Shown here in pieces: positions 10,111 to 25,689 of a DNA stretch of 64,000 nucleotides. A program made the translations under genes and the position numbers. Numbering within the stretch: position 1 is the first letter of the stretch; every line of letters begins with the position of its first letter. The stretch lies in the NCBI GenBank assembly GCA_963724765.1, contig CAVRVY010000003.1, forward strand, positions 1,408,001 to 1,472,000, given 5' to 3'. The notes beneath the pieces are model-generated. The model did not search any database and was not told the origin of the DNA. It saw only the letters and a list, made by a program, of their open reading frames with translations. Source of the stretch: an uncultured delta proteobacterium. GTDB taxonomy: Bacteria > Desulfobacterota > Binatia > Binatales > Binataceae.

Positions 10111-10974
10111 CTATTCCGATCGCTCTCGAAGCGATTCGGCGGTCTGCGTCAGGAACCCTTTGAGGTCCGTCGTTCGCAGCCCGTCGATCGCGACACGGCT
10201 AACCCAAGTCAGCGCGCGCGCGTCGGCGGTGACGAACGTATCCGCCGCCGCCGCGCCGCTTACCGCATGCATGACCTCGTTCGCTTCCTCGGCGCGCGAG
10301 GCTCGTCCCTCCAGGCTCAGCGCGCAAGCGAGCGAGAGCGCCGCGCCCACCCACATCCTGACGCTCTTCAACGCGAGCAGCGCTTCGGCGCCGCGACCCT
10401 TGCATTGCGCGCCGACGCCGGCGCGTTCGGCGAACGCCGCCGCCGCATCCGGCGCGTTGCGCTCGAAATATTGTTCAAAAGCTACAATGTTGGGTGGCGG
10501 CGTGAAACGCGTACCGCATTCGGCGAGAAATTCGCCGAGCCCCGCAACGAATGCTTCCCGCTCACGTCGCACCTCGTCGAGCGCCTGCGTGAAGTCCTCG
10601 TTCAGTTCCTCGCCATCGCTCTCGAGCAGCTCGGAAATTCCGGTGGTCACCGCATTCTGCATCGCGCCGTGCAGAAACGGACGCGCGGGTTCCGCGCCCG
10701 CGGCAAATGCACGGAGGTCATCGCCGAGCAACTGGCCGCACGGTTTGAGCAGAACTCGCCAGTTGCTGATCGAGAGCAGCAGGCGGAGTTGCGCAGCCAT
10801 CGCCTGCGGAGAGGCCGCGCGGGCAAGCACGATCTCTTCGAGATTGTGCATGCCCAGTGGAATCGAAATCGTGCGGCTGTAAATCGCTTTGCGCAGAGCG
10901 CCGATGTCGGCCGCAGTGCAATCGATCTTGCGGTAGAGATGGCCGAACGCGGTGCTGGCGAGATAGGCGACCAT
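10111..10974 (-). CDS. Hypothetical protein, possibly a degenerate PIN-like fold
   Basis: Starts 22 nt after the gltD stop on the same strand; N-terminal VAYLAST, NLEE and C-terminal H..S.AAADTFVTAD. Confidence 0.6.
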   Translation of the reverse strand: MVAYLASTAFGHLYRKIDCTAADIGALRKAIYSRTISIPLGMHNLEEIVLARAASPQAMAAQLRLLLSISNWRVLLKPCGQLLGDDLRAFAAGAEPARPFLHGAMQNAVTTGISELLESDGEELNEDFTQALDEVRREREAFVAGLGEFLAECGTRFTPPPNIVAFEQYFERNAPDAAAAFAERAGVGAQCKGRGAEALLALKSVRMWVGAALSLACALSLEGRASRAEEANEVMHAVSGAAAADTFVTADARALTWVSRVAIDGLRTTDLKGFLTQTAESLRERSE

Positions 10975-10996
10975 CGCGACGCGCCTTTGCCGCCGC

Positions 10997-12442
10997 CTAC
11001 AACTCGGGGCTGGCTTGCAGAAAACTTTCGCCCATCAACCAAGCGTCGACCGCGCGGGCGCATTCGCGCCCTTCCCAAATCGCCCACACCACCAGCGACT
11101 GTCCGCGCCGCGTGTCGCCCGCCGCGAACACTCCCGGCACGCTCGACATATAGTTCTCGCACAGCACGTTGCTGCGCGGGTCGAGCTTCAGCCCCAGTTG
11201 CGAGATGATCCCGTCGGGCTCCGGCCCCAGGAAGCCCAGCGCCAGCAGCACCAGCTCGCACTCGATGATGAAGTTGCTGCCCGGCACTTCCTCCATCACC
11301 ATGCGGCCATTGTTCTGCTTCCACTCAAGCTTGATTCCTTCGAGCGCCTTGAGCGCGCCGTTCTCGCCGATGAAGCGCTTGGTGTTGATGCTCCAGTCGC
11401 GTACCACGCCTTCCTCATGTGAGGTCGAAGTGCGCAGGATCATCGGCCAGTCCGGCCACGGCATCGCCACCGTCCTCCGCTCGGGCGGCATCGGCAGCAA
11501 CTCGTACTGGTAGACCACGCTCGCGCCCTGGCGGTTGGAGGTACCGAGGCAATCCGATCCGGTGTCGCCACCGCCCAGGATCACAACCTTCTTGTCCTTG
11601 GCGCTGATCGAGACCGCCGGATCGATCGTGTCGCCGGCGTTGCGGCGGTTCTGCTGCGGCAGAAACTCCATCGCGAAGTGCACGCCCTTGAGTTCCCGGC
11701 CCGGGATCGGAAGATCGCGTGGCTTGGTCGCGCCCATCGTCAGCACGATTGCGTCGTACTGCGAGCGCATCTCCTCGCCATGGATATCGAATCCAACGCG
11801 GCAACTGGTGACGACGTTGACGCCCTCGGCCTGCATCTGCTCGACTCGCCGGTTGACGAAGCGCTTCTCCAGCTTGAAATCCGGAATCCCGTACATCAGC
11901 AGCCCGCCGACGCGGTCAGAGCGCTCGTAGAGCGTCACGTCATGGCCGGCCCGCGCGAGTTGCTGCGCACACGCGAGACCCGACGGCCCCGATCCGACCA
12001 CCGCGACTCGTTTGCCGGTTTTGCGCGTGGGCGGCAGCGGCGTGACCCATCCTTCGGCCCACGCATGGTCGATTATGTTCTTCTCGATCAGCTTGATCGT
12101 GACCGGGTCGTTATTGATGTTGAGGACGCACGCCTCTTCGCACGGCGCGGGGCATACGCGGCCGGTGAATTCGGGAAAATTGTTGGTCGAATGCAGGCGG
12201 TCGATCGCTTCCTGCCAGCGTCCGCGGTAAATCAGATCGTTCCAGTCCGGGATGATGTTGCCGAGCGGGCAGCCCTTGTGGCAGAACGGGATGCCGCAAT
12301 CCATGCATCGCGCCCCCTGCGCGCGCAACTTGTCCTCGGGCATCTTGAGATCGTACTCGCGCCAGTCCTGCAGCCGCTCCGCGACCGGGCGCCGCGCCGG
12401 CGTCTCGCGCTTGATCTCCATGAATCCCGTTATTTTGCCCAT
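10997..12442 (-). CDS. gltD: Glutamate synthase small (beta) subunit
   Basis: [44 protein letters not shown] and [14 protein letters not shown]. Confidence 0.97.
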   Translation of the reverse strand: MGKITGFMEIKRETPARRPVAERLQDWREYDLKMPEDKLRAQGARCMDCGIPFCHKGCPLGNIIPDWNDLIYRGRWQEAIDRLHSTNNFPEFTGRVCPAPCEEACVLNINNDPVTIKLIEKNIIDHAWAEGWVTPLPPTRKTGKRVAVVGSGPSGLACAQQLARAGHDVTLYERSDRVGGLLMYGIPDFKLEKRFVNRRVEQMQAEGVNVVTSCRVGFDIHGEEMRSQYDAIVLTMGATKPRDLPIPGRELKGVHFAMEFLPQQNRRNAGDTIDPAVSISAKDKKVVILGGGDTGSDCLGTSNRQGASVVYQYELLPMPPERRTVAMPWPDWPMILRTSTSHEEGVVRDWSINTKRFIGENGALKALEGIKLEWKQNNGRMVMEEVPGSNFIIECELVLLALGFLGPEPDGIISQLGLKLDPRSNVLCENYMSSVPGVFAAGDTRRGQSLVVWAIWEGRECARAVDAWLMGESFLQASPEL

Positions 12443-12494
12443 CGTCTCACCAGCACATCTGGCTCCTTCAAAAGATCCTTCGCCAACTGCCCGT

Positions 12495-17051
<4,557 letters not shown>

Positions 17052-17053
17052 TG

Positions 17054-17596
17054 CTATGTCCTTTTGGATTCTCCCAACCCGTGGCGATGGCGCCGCCCGT
17101 TTCCCGGCTCGCCCGGCTCTTCGGCGGCGACGGTTATTTGCGTGCGCTCCGTATGCGTCGACAGCACCACCATCGTCTCCGTCCGGGTCACGCCTTCAAT
17201 GAGGCGGATGGTGCGGATGAGCTCCTCGAGCGTCGAGGTGTTGGCGGTCTTAACCTTGAGCAGCACGGTATGCTCGCCGGTGATGTGATGGCACTCGAGC
17301 ACGTCGTCAATCAGCTCGATGGTCTCCTCGAACAGGCTGATAGTCTTGGGATGGGCGATGGAGACGCCAATAAAGGCGGATACGTCCTTCCCCAGCCGTC
17401 TGGCATCGACCGCCGCGTGATAGCCCGTGATGATGCCGCCGTCCTCGAGTTTCTTGACCCGCTCGATGACCGACGGCGCCGACAACCCCACCTGCTCGCC
17501 GAGCTTGACGTGTGCGATCCTTCCGTGTTCCTGCAAAATTGACAGGATCTGAAGGTCGATAGCGTCCAGCTCGGGAGCTTCCCCACCTGATTTCAT
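17054..17596 (-). CDS. Lrp/AsnC family transcriptional regulator
   Basis: [17 protein letters not shown]...[24 protein letters not shown] plus RAM domain ECHHITGE. Confidence 0.93.
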   Translation of the reverse strand: MKSGGEAPELDAIDLQILSILQEHGRIAHVKLGEQVGLSAPSVIERVKKLEDGGIITGYHAAVDARRLGKDVSAFIGVSIAHPKTISLFEETIELIDDVLECHHITGEHTVLLKVKTANTSTLEELIRTIRLIEGVTRTETMVVLSTHTERTQITVAAEEPGEPGNGRRHRHGLGESKRT

Positions 17597-18023
17597 AAGG
17601 AAAACCTCACTGCGACCTGCTGAACCTATCAGGTTGTCGAACTATGTCAAGGGTTTATTAGGTCAGGGCCATAACTCAATCGTGTTTCCGAAGGATTGAG
17701 TGGTGCGTTCCTTAAATACCATATCGGACCGGCTTCCGTGCCTTCTTTTATGCGCGCGCTACAGACGAATACCCCAAAAGGGACAGCTCGAATAGAACGA
17801 CCACCTGTTCACGTCTAACTTATACGAAGGATGGTACGACTAATGCTTCTCATCAACAGACAGAACGTCCCACGTGACAAACTTGCGCGTTATGCTTTAC
17901 GGATCTGTTAAATTTCGTGTAAAAAAGCCCCGACTATGAAACGGGACGACGAAACAAGCACCGCGCTCATCGGATTCTCAACCGGAACCGGAGAGAAGTA
18001 GCGTCCGACTGCTTCAATCACAT

Positions 18024-18806
18024 ATGGCCGAGTCATGCATCGATGTCGCTCAAAACCTGTCCTCTCTCCTTTGTGACCCGGTCTTTTATGGTACGGGCGT
18101 CCCCAAGGGCGATGGCAGTCCGGTTCTGTTAATCCCAGGATTCTTTACAGGAGACTGGTCGCTTTCGACCCTGGCGCGGTGGCTGTCGCGAATCGGCTAC
18201 CGCCCCTATCTGTCAGGAATCGACTGGAATGTCGGATGCCCCGACGAAAAGTCGGACCGGTTGGGATGGCGTCTGGCGCATATCACCGATGAATGTGAGA
18301 TGCGGGCGGTCGTGCTGGGCCACAGTCTTGGCGGTGTCCTTGCGCGTGCGCTCGCGGTGAAATATCCCGCGCGTGTGGGCCACGTGGTGACGCTGGGATC
18401 GCCGGCGCGAATCGCATGGAGTGCGGTACGCGCACGCTATCGGCCAGCGATACGCGGCTTCCAGGCGTTATGGCAGGCCTTCAACAATCGGCCGGCGCAA
18501 TGCGGGACGGATCAGTGCTCGTGCCATTTCGGCGAAGCGGTAAACTCGCGATTTCCACGCACCCTGAAACTCAGTTCGATCTACACGCGCGCAGATGAAG
18601 TCGTCGATTGGCATGCCTGCGTCACCGCGGAAGGCGATAATCACGAGGTTTCGGGCGGCCACGTGAGCATGGCGGTCAACTGCGAGGTCTACCGGACGCT
18701 CGCCGTCATTCTCGCGACGGGAAAAAGCGACTCGCGTCCCGATGCCACTGCGGCTCCCGCCCAGGCCGCCCCCCCCTTAGCAATCGCTGCGCAAAGGTTG
18801 GGATAG
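18024..18806 (+). CDS. Alpha/beta hydrolase (esterase/lipase, PGAP1-like)
   Basis: PVLLIPGF, GHSLGG nucleophile elbow, TLGSP, DEVVDW and GGHVSM. Confidence 0.88.
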   Translation: MAESCIDVAQNLSSLLCDPVFYGTGVPKGDGSPVLLIPGFFTGDWSLSTLARWLSRIGYRPYLSGIDWNVGCPDEKSDRLGWRLAHITDECEMRAVVLGHSLGGVLARALAVKYPARVGHVVTLGSPARIAWSAVRARYRPAIRGFQALWQAFNNRPAQCGTDQCSCHFGEAVNSRFPRTLKLSSIYTRADEVVDWHACVTAEGDNHEVSGGHVSMAVNCEVYRTLAVILATGKSDSRPDATAAPAQAAPPLAIAAQRLG

Positions 18807-18912
18807 GCGGGGCTGCATCGCCGCGTGCGCCGCGCACGAGCACGCCTTGCACGCGCCGTCATTTCATCTTCTGATGGAATGACTGGCTGGTCCGCGATGG
18901 CTGCGCGGCCGG

Positions 18913-19881
18913 TTACCGATTGGCGAGCCAGATAAGCGCGACAAAAATCGCCGCCAGCGAGCTGAAAAACAACCCAATCAAGATCCCGCGCCGCACGCGC
19001 CGGATGTGCAGGCTTAGCGGACGCAGCCGCTTTGCGCGTCCGGTAAGTTGCACGCGTTGCGGGTTGCTCAGGTCCTCGAGCATCTCGGCGGCGCTCTGGT
19101 AGCGGTTGCGCGGCGAGCGCTCGATCGCGCGCAGGATGATTTCCTCCAGATGCGGATCGAGGTCGGGCACGAAATGGCTGGGCGGTTGCGGATCCTCGTT
19201 GGCCTTCGCGCGCATCATCGCGTAGACGTTGGTTCCGGTAAACGGAAGGTTGCCGGTCACCATCTCGAACAGCATCGTGCCGAGCGCGTAGATGTCGGTG
19301 CGCGCGTCGCCGTGGCGGCCGCTGACCTGTTCGGGCGCCATGTAGTCGGGCGTGCCGATAGTGGTCGAAAGGCCCGACCAGGTAAGCCGGCGCGCCGATT
19401 CGTCGAGCGCGATTCCGAAGTCCATCAGCTTGACCTTGCCGTCGGCAGTGATCAGCGCATTTTCCGGCTTGAGGTCACGATGGACGATGCCGTGGCCGTG
19501 CATGTAGACCATCGCGTCGCAGATCTGGCGGGCGAACTCCAGCGCGTGCTCGGCGCCAAGCGGCCGCTCCTCGCGCATGATCGCGCGCAGCGATACGCCG
19601 TCGACGTACTCCATCGCGATGTACATCCGGCTTCGATGGCGCGGCGCCAGCACCTTGACGATGTTGGGATGATCGAGGCGGTGGCCGACGTCCTCTTCGC
19701 GCCGGAAGCGGTTGTAGAAAACCACGTCGCTCTCGAACTGCAGATAGGGAACTTTGATCACGACCGTCGCCCCGCTTTGCCGATCGACGGCCTTGAAGAT
19801 CGAGGCCATGCCGCTGCGCGCGATAAGTTCGGTGAGCTGGTACTGATCGAGCTTTTCGCCCGCGCTGACCTCGCGCATCAT
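18913..19881 (-). CDS. Hanks-type Ser/Thr protein kinase with C-terminal TM helix
   Basis: ARSGMASIF, VVIK, HRDLKPEN, DFG and GTPDYMAPEQ; hydrophobic C-terminus. Confidence 0.93.
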   Translation of the reverse strand: MMREVSAGEKLDQYQLTELIARSGMASIFKAVDRQSGATVVIKVPYLQFESDVVFYNRFRREEDVGHRLDHPNIVKVLAPRHRSRMYIAMEYVDGVSLRAIMREERPLGAEHALEFARQICDAMVYMHGHGIVHRDLKPENALITADGKVKLMDFGIALDESARRLTWSGLSTTIGTPDYMAPEQVSGRHGDARTDIYALGTMLFEMVTGNLPFTGTNVYAMMRAKANEDPQPPSHFVPDLDPHLEEIILRAIERSPRNRYQSAAEMLEDLSNPQRVQLTGRAKRLRPLSLHIRRVRRGILIGLFFSSLAAIFVALIWLANR

Positions 19882-19983
19882 TGGCAGAGCCTGCCCCCGA
19901 AACCCATGCGCGCGGACGTTAACACTGCCGCAGCGGCGGCCGCAACGCGCGTCGGGACGCGCGCCGCGCCGTGCCATCCCGAC

Positions 19984-20820
19984 TCAGTGCCGGCGTGCAA
20001 AAAGTCTCCCCAGCCACTCCCGCCATCCCGCGCCGAGACGGCTCTCGGCGAACGGCGACGCGCCGTTCATTATGAAGACCGCGGCGGTCAGGTTGTCGGC
20101 GCTGCCGTGCGCGTTGGCCGCTTCGATCAACGCTCTGCAGGCTGCGGCCGCGTCGCCGGAGCGCAGCAGATGCTCCAGTTTGCGCTCTTCGACCACGTTG
20201 TAGAGCCCGTCGCTGCAGAGCAGCAGACGGTCGCCCTTCACGAGCGGCATCGAGAACCGGCCGACTGATACGATCAGCTCGCGGCCCAACGAGCGGCTGA
20301 GCATCAGACGCTCAGGATGATCGCGTGCGTGCGCCGCGCTCATCAGGCCCATCCGCACATGCTCGGCAACCACCGTGTGGTCCTTGGTGATCTGTAAGAT
20401 GCGCCCGCGGCGCGCCAGGTACAATCGGCAATCACCCACGTGTGCCACATTGAGCCGGCCGCCTTCGACCACTGCCGCGGTCAGCGTCGTGCCCATCCAG
20501 CGCAACGCGGGCACCGCGATAGCGCGATGATGAATCTCGATGTTGGCGCGCTGCACGGCGCGATGCAGTCGCTTGGCCGCGCCCCACGCAACCGGGCTTT
20601 TGCGGTACGCTTCGAGCGTAACGTCGACGGCCATCCGGCTGGCGACCTCGCCGCCCTCATAGCCGCCGATCCCGTCGGCGATCACCAATAGCGCCGCCTC
20701 CGGGCTCTCGATGAAGTAACCGCAGGCGTCCTCGTTGCCGGGCCGATCGGTGCCGGCGTCGGAAAGCACGGCGAGATCGAAACCTTGCTGCGCGGCATCC
20801 GAGACGGTCGATTGGGGCAT
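19984..20820 (-). CDS. PP2C-family Ser/Thr phosphatase
   Basis: NEDA, IADGIGG, MGTT, HVGDCR, LCSDGL and DNLTA. Confidence 0.93.
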   Translation of the reverse strand: MPQSTVSDAAQQGFDLAVLSDAGTDRPGNEDACGYFIESPEAALLVIADGIGGYEGGEVASRMAVDVTLEAYRKSPVAWGAAKRLHRAVQRANIEIHHRAIAVPALRWMGTTLTAAVVEGGRLNVAHVGDCRLYLARRGRILQITKDHTVVAEHVRMGLMSAAHARDHPERLMLSRSLGRELIVSVGRFSMPLVKGDRLLLCSDGLYNVVEERKLEHLLRSGDAAAACRALIEAANAHGSADNLTAAVFIMNGASPFAESRLGAGWREWLGRLFARRH

Positions 20821-20975
20821 GCGGCGTTCAGTCGGGCGGCGCGGGCCGCAGCGGTCCGCCGCTCAACGCAATCCGCCGGTGCGGATGGGCAGCGGGGTGC
20901 GCGCACACCCCAGACGCTTTTGGTGTCGCAAGGTCATCACGTGAAAATCAGGCCGCGCGAAATCAGGTCGCGATA

Positions 20976-21248
20976 TCACGGCGTTCGCGCGCGATGCAAT
21001 TCCCGCTCAGCGTTGAGCCAGTCGGCAAGGTCGTCGCCATGAGTTGCGCCGCGTGCAAGGAAAAGCTCGTAGGCCCGCAGCCGTATGGCCTCGATGTTGG
21101 TTTCGATATCACTATTCGACCCAGCCTTGGCTGCGCCGTTGCGCCCCGCCAGACCATTGGACTCCTGCTCCGTAGCCGCGGCCCCCTTGACCGCGTTTCT
21201 GGTCCGCCGCCGCACCGTCGCCCCGTTCCCCTTTCTAGCCGTAGCCAT
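20976..21248 (-). CDS. DUF2934-like small protein
   Basis: IRLRAYELFLARGATHGDDLADWLNAEREL signature. Confidence 0.8.
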   Translation of the reverse strand: MATARKGNGATVRRRTRNAVKGAAATEQESNGLAGRNGAAKAGSNSDIETNIEAIRLRAYELFLARGATHGDDLADWLNAERELHRARTP

Positions 21249-21538
21249 GTCCTGGAAAAACCTCCTTGAAAAAACCTGGAGAGCAACGTTCCTATTTATG
21301 GATACCGTGTGCCTGACGCCGGGCCAAGGGGGGCCTTTTAAAAAGTACCAGACGTTCGTTATCGCGTGGAGATCGGACGGCGTTGGTATGCGTCACTTAT
21401 GCGCCGATGGGCCGGCGGGCCGCAGGGACGGCGGCCCGCCGGCCGGCGTACGGGGAGTTACCTCATCACCGGACTGTAAATCGCGATCAACCGCGAAAGA
21501 CCGGAGAATAATGCTCACGGTTAGCCTTCATCGTCATT

Positions 21539-22864
21539 TCAGAAAATCAGGCCGGTCTCGATGAGGCCGCGAACCTGCGACGGATTCTGGCCCTGCTTGC
21601 CGAATACATCGCCGGACGTGTAGCTCTCCGCCTGCACGTATGAAACCTCACCTCGGAAGAAAAACTGCTTGTACTGGAAGGTCGGCGTCAGCGTCAGAGA
21701 CCAGGCTTCGCTGCCGACTCCATACAATAGATTTGGAGCCCCATTGATAGTATTCCCATTCCCGGTGGATCCGATATATTCCGCGCGCCCAGCCACAAAG
21801 ATCTTATCCGTGATAGCGTAACTTGCGAGGATTGCTCCACCTATGGTCTCAGTGGTTTTATACACTCCGATGTCCGGGTTATTTGGTATGACGGTCTCTT
21901 GAAAATAGGGCTCAATGATCCAGGGTGAAGAGTTGTATTCATAGATTATGTTGTAGATTTGACCGTTGTTGTTGAGAACCGGCGTTGCGAAATTCGAGGA
22001 TTTCGCAAAACCGGCTTGACCACCGCCGACCAGGGTCAAAGTATTTGCTGGATTTATCGTCCACCCCAACGAGCCCGTAACCCATGTGTAGCTATGGGAA
22101 TAGAAGCCGTTGTTCCAGCTCACCGAAGCGGCGAGCGGTCCATAAGTATAGTTGAGCTGCAAGCCGCGATTGACGGCGTTCTCCTGATTCCACAGTAGCC
22201 CGCGCTCGATATTCATGTTTTCGAAAGTGAAAGTGTACTCGGCCCCAATCAGCGTCGGGAGATTACCGGCTTCGATTGAAAAGCTGTCGGTAGGAACAAT
22301 CTTCAGATAACCAACCGGCAGAGGCCCATACAGCGCGTTTACCGCGTTTCCCAAATCGACATACGGAGCGCCTAGCGCCGGAATGCTGTATCCGCCCACC
22401 TGTAGATAGTATTGAATCGGCCCATCAGCCTTCTGGATGATGGCTTCCGCATTGCTGAAATCCACCCGGTTGTCGAAGTCGCCAGGCACGGCGTGATTCT
22501 GAAATATGCCGATCCCGCTTACCACGCCGTTGACGTCGAAATCGAAGAGAGTCGCGATCGGAGCAGGCAACTCTGAAAGGAATGGCACATACTTCGGTAG
22601 ATTGATTTCGTTGGGCGAAGCCATCTGTAGAGGCCCCACCATCGTTGGCGATGTCAGAGGCGGCACCGGAGTAGCCGCCGCCGCAGGAGCCGGAGTACTG
22701 GCAGCGGCCGGAGAGGCGCCAGGAGTTGCAGACGCAGGCCCGCTGGATCCATCGGCCCACGCGTTGTGTTCACAAGCAATCATGAGGGTCAGGAGCAGTA
22801 CCCATACAAGGCTTCCAATGGCCGAACGTCCTGCGCGATGTTTCATATCTAACTTGTTCTCCAT
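21539..22864 (-). CDS. Outer-membrane beta-barrel porin (BBP2/OmpL-like)
   Basis: Signal peptide, Pro/Ala linker, LPTLIGAEYTFTFENMNIERGLLWNQE, alternating beta strands and a terminal Phe. Confidence 0.8.
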   Translation of the reverse strand: MENKLDMKHRAGRSAIGSLVWVLLLTLMIACEHNAWADGSSGPASATPGASPAAASTPAPAAAATPVPPLTSPTMVGPLQMASPNEINLPKYVPFLSELPAPIATLFDFDVNGVVSGIGIFQNHAVPGDFDNRVDFSNAEAIIQKADGPIQYYLQVGGYSIPALGAPYVDLGNAVNALYGPLPVGYLKIVPTDSFSIEAGNLPTLIGAEYTFTFENMNIERGLLWNQENAVNRGLQLNYTYGPLAASVSWNNGFYSHSYTWVTGSLGWTINPANTLTLVGGGQAGFAKSSNFATPVLNNNGQIYNIIYEYNSSPWIIEPYFQETVIPNNPDIGVYKTTETIGGAILASYAITDKIFVAGRAEYIGSTGNGNTINGAPNLLYGVGSEAWSLTLTPTFQYKQFFFRGEVSYVQAESYTSGDVFGKQGQNPSQVRGLIETGLIF

Positions 22865-23226
22865 TCCGTTGCGTCTGCTGGATATTCAGGTTTGAGGATC
22901 AGGTCCTCCGCGGCTTACTCAATTTCCATGCCGTCTTAGCGCGATCGGCTGACCATCAGATTCGTTAACATTCCCGGTCGGCACGTGCGCAATCCGCGCC
23001 CACGATGCTGACCAGCGGAGCGGCATCTGCCGTCCCGCTGGTCAGCAATATGCAATGCGGCGCAATGCAGGATGGCTGATCGGGCCCAAGGCACGGCCGT
23101 GGGCAGCGGAAAAAGACCGCGCCGCACGGCCGCGCGCGAGTCGCGCGAGCGCCGAGCGGCGCGGAGATGGGGCGGGTGCCGGCTGCGCGTCGTGCGCCCG
23201 GCACCCGCCCGTTGTTTGCATCGCGT

Positions 23227-24933
23227 CTACGCTCTTGCCGCCTGCGATCCGGGAGTGATCATCTCGATCCGGTCCTCGGGATAGGCCTCCATGCCGAACT
23301 CGGGAACGTCGAGACCTTCGAGTTCGACCTCCTTGGAGACACGCATCGAGCTGGTCGAGTTGACCAGCGAGAACACCAGGTAGGTGAAACCGAAGATGTA
23401 GATTGCCATGAAGGTGGCTCCGCCAATCTGGGTGAAGAACTGCCGGTAGTCTCCGTAGAGCAGACCGGTCACACCCATCCCGGCCTTGCCGAGGTAAGTG
23501 GTGGCGCCGACGCCGTTCCATCCAGCGCCGTAAGTCCCGTCGGCGAAGATGCCGACGCAGACCGCACCGAGCCAGCCGCAGTATCCATGAACTGAGATGG
23601 CTCCGCAGGGATCGTCGACTTTGATCACGCGCTCATTGAAGAGCACGCCCAAGCAGACGACGATGCCGGCCAGAAAGCCAATCATTACTGCCGAGTTGGG
23701 CGACACGAACGCGCAGGGCGCGGTGATCGCGACCAGTCCGGCGAGCATCCCGTTACAGGCCATCGTGATGTCCGGTTTGCCGAACATGTAGTACCACAGG
23801 AACATCGCCGTCGCGGAACCTGCTACAGCGGCCAGGTTGGTGTTCACCGCGATAACCGAGATACGAAGATCGGACGCACCGAGCGTGGACCCCGGATTAA
23901 ACCCCATCCATCCGAAGAGCAGGATGAAAGTGCCAATCACGACAAAGGCGAGATTGTGTGCCGGGAAAGCTCGCGGCTTGCCATCGGGGCCGTACTTGCC
24001 GAGCCGAGGGCCGAGGATCACAGCCAACGCCATGGCGCAGAAGCCGCCCACGCCGTGGACCACCGTCGAGCCCGCGAAGTCCACGTAACCGTGAGCCATC
24101 CCCATAGTGTTTCCCAGCTGTGACAGCCAACCGCCGCCCCACACCCAGCAGCCAAAACTCGGGTAGAGAATGGCGCCCATGAAGAGTTCGCAGAGGATGA
24201 AAGCCCAGAAGTTGATTCGCTCGCAGATGGCGCCGACGATGATATAGCCGGCCGTCTCCATGAACACGACCTCGAACAGCGTCAGACACAGGCTGCCGGC
24301 ATCGTAGCCCGGACCGCTCAGGAAGAATCCCTTGCCGCCCAGGAAGCCCCATAGGCCACCCCCAAGCAGGAAGTGGTTCAGCGTGGGAGTACCTCCCAGG
24401 TTAGTCGGCGCAGCATTTATCGCCGCACCGCCGTATTGGAAGGCGAATCCGCACACATAGTAAGCGAGAAACGCGAAGACGTAGGCCGCGAAGTTCAGCA
24501 TCATGAGATGCCCGGCGTTTTTCTTTCGCACCAGCCCGCACGTGAGCAGGGCAAACCCGGCCTGCATGAAGAGCACCAGGTACCCCGTGAGCAGGGTCCA
24601 CGAGAAGTTGGTGGAAATCCGCAGATGTCCCACGTTATCGGCGAGCTTCATGGCCAGGGGTTCTTTGGAGGCCTGGGCCTGGAAATCGTCAAATGCCTTC
24701 TTGTTCTTGGCATAGTCCGGCGCGGTCTTGTCGGTCGGCTCGGTAAGGATGAATGAGCTTCCGCCCGCGTCGGAAGTGGAGGTCCTGTCACCGGTTGAAA
24801 TTCCGGCGGGATCAGGTTGCGGCTCGTCGGCGAGCGCGACTAACACCGGCCCACAGAGCCATTGCGCGAAGAGTATCGCGAGGACTGCCTTAAGCAGCCA
24901 CAGCTTCGGACGTCTTAGAGAAACGTTTGGCAT
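23227..24933 (-). CDS. amtB: Ammonium transporter
   Basis: FMQAGFA, DFAGSTVVH, FGWMGFNPGS, NGMLAGLVAIT and DDPCGAISVHG; long N-terminal extension. Confidence 0.95.
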   Translation of the reverse strand: MPNVSLRRPKLWLLKAVLAILFAQWLCGPVLVALADEPQPDPAGISTGDRTSTSDAGGSSFILTEPTDKTAPDYAKNKKAFDDFQAQASKEPLAMKLADNVGHLRISTNFSWTLLTGYLVLFMQAGFALLTCGLVRKKNAGHLMMLNFAAYVFAFLAYYVCGFAFQYGGAAINAAPTNLGGTPTLNHFLLGGGLWGFLGGKGFFLSGPGYDAGSLCLTLFEVVFMETAGYIIVGAICERINFWAFILCELFMGAILYPSFGCWVWGGGWLSQLGNTMGMAHGYVDFAGSTVVHGVGGFCAMALAVILGPRLGKYGPDGKPRAFPAHNLAFVVIGTFILLFGWMGFNPGSTLGASDLRISVIAVNTNLAAVAGSATAMFLWYYMFGKPDITMACNGMLAGLVAITAPCAFVSPNSAVMIGFLAGIVVCLGVLFNERVIKVDDPCGAISVHGYCGWLGAVCVGIFADGTYGAGWNGVGATTYLGKAGMGVTGLLYGDYRQFFTQIGGATFMAIYIFGFTYLVFSLVNSTSSMRVSKEVELEGLDVPEFGMEAYPEDRIEMITPGSQAARA

Positions 24934-25001
24934 CTTGAATATCCCCTCCTGGCATGATGGTGCAGCGGCGGCTTCACGCCGCTGATCAAAAACAAATGAA
25001 A

Positions 25002-25343
<342 letters not shown>

Positions 25344-25466
25344 TCAGTCCTCTCCTTGTTCGCGGAAGAACCCTTGTCAAAATCACTTCGCGACCCATCC
25401 CGGCCCCCGACCGAGCGAGTCGGGGCTCAACGCAGAACTTTCCGTCTAGTACGCGGGCACCGAACG

Positions 25467-25481
25467 GCAAGAAAGGTGCCA
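25467..25481 (-). promoter_or_regulatory. Sigma54 -24/-12 promoter of glnK-amtB
   Basis: Minus strand TGGCAC-CTTTC-TTGC, a perfect TGGCAC-N5-TTGC match ~127 nt upstream of the glnK ATG. Confidence 0.85.
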
Positions 25482-25689
25482 TGCAAAATGAAACCTTAGT
25501 GCTATATGCGATACGACTTTTTGCTCGCGCACTGTCGCTTGTGATGCCCACGTGGAAGGCATCCGCTCAGCGATTAGTCAGTCCGCGATCGCCGCTGGGA
25601 GGAAAAAACTTGCGTAAATTACGGGGAATTGACGCGCTGAAAGGGCCAGGGTGCATAGCAGCACCCCGGCCCTATCGAGAGATCGGAGG

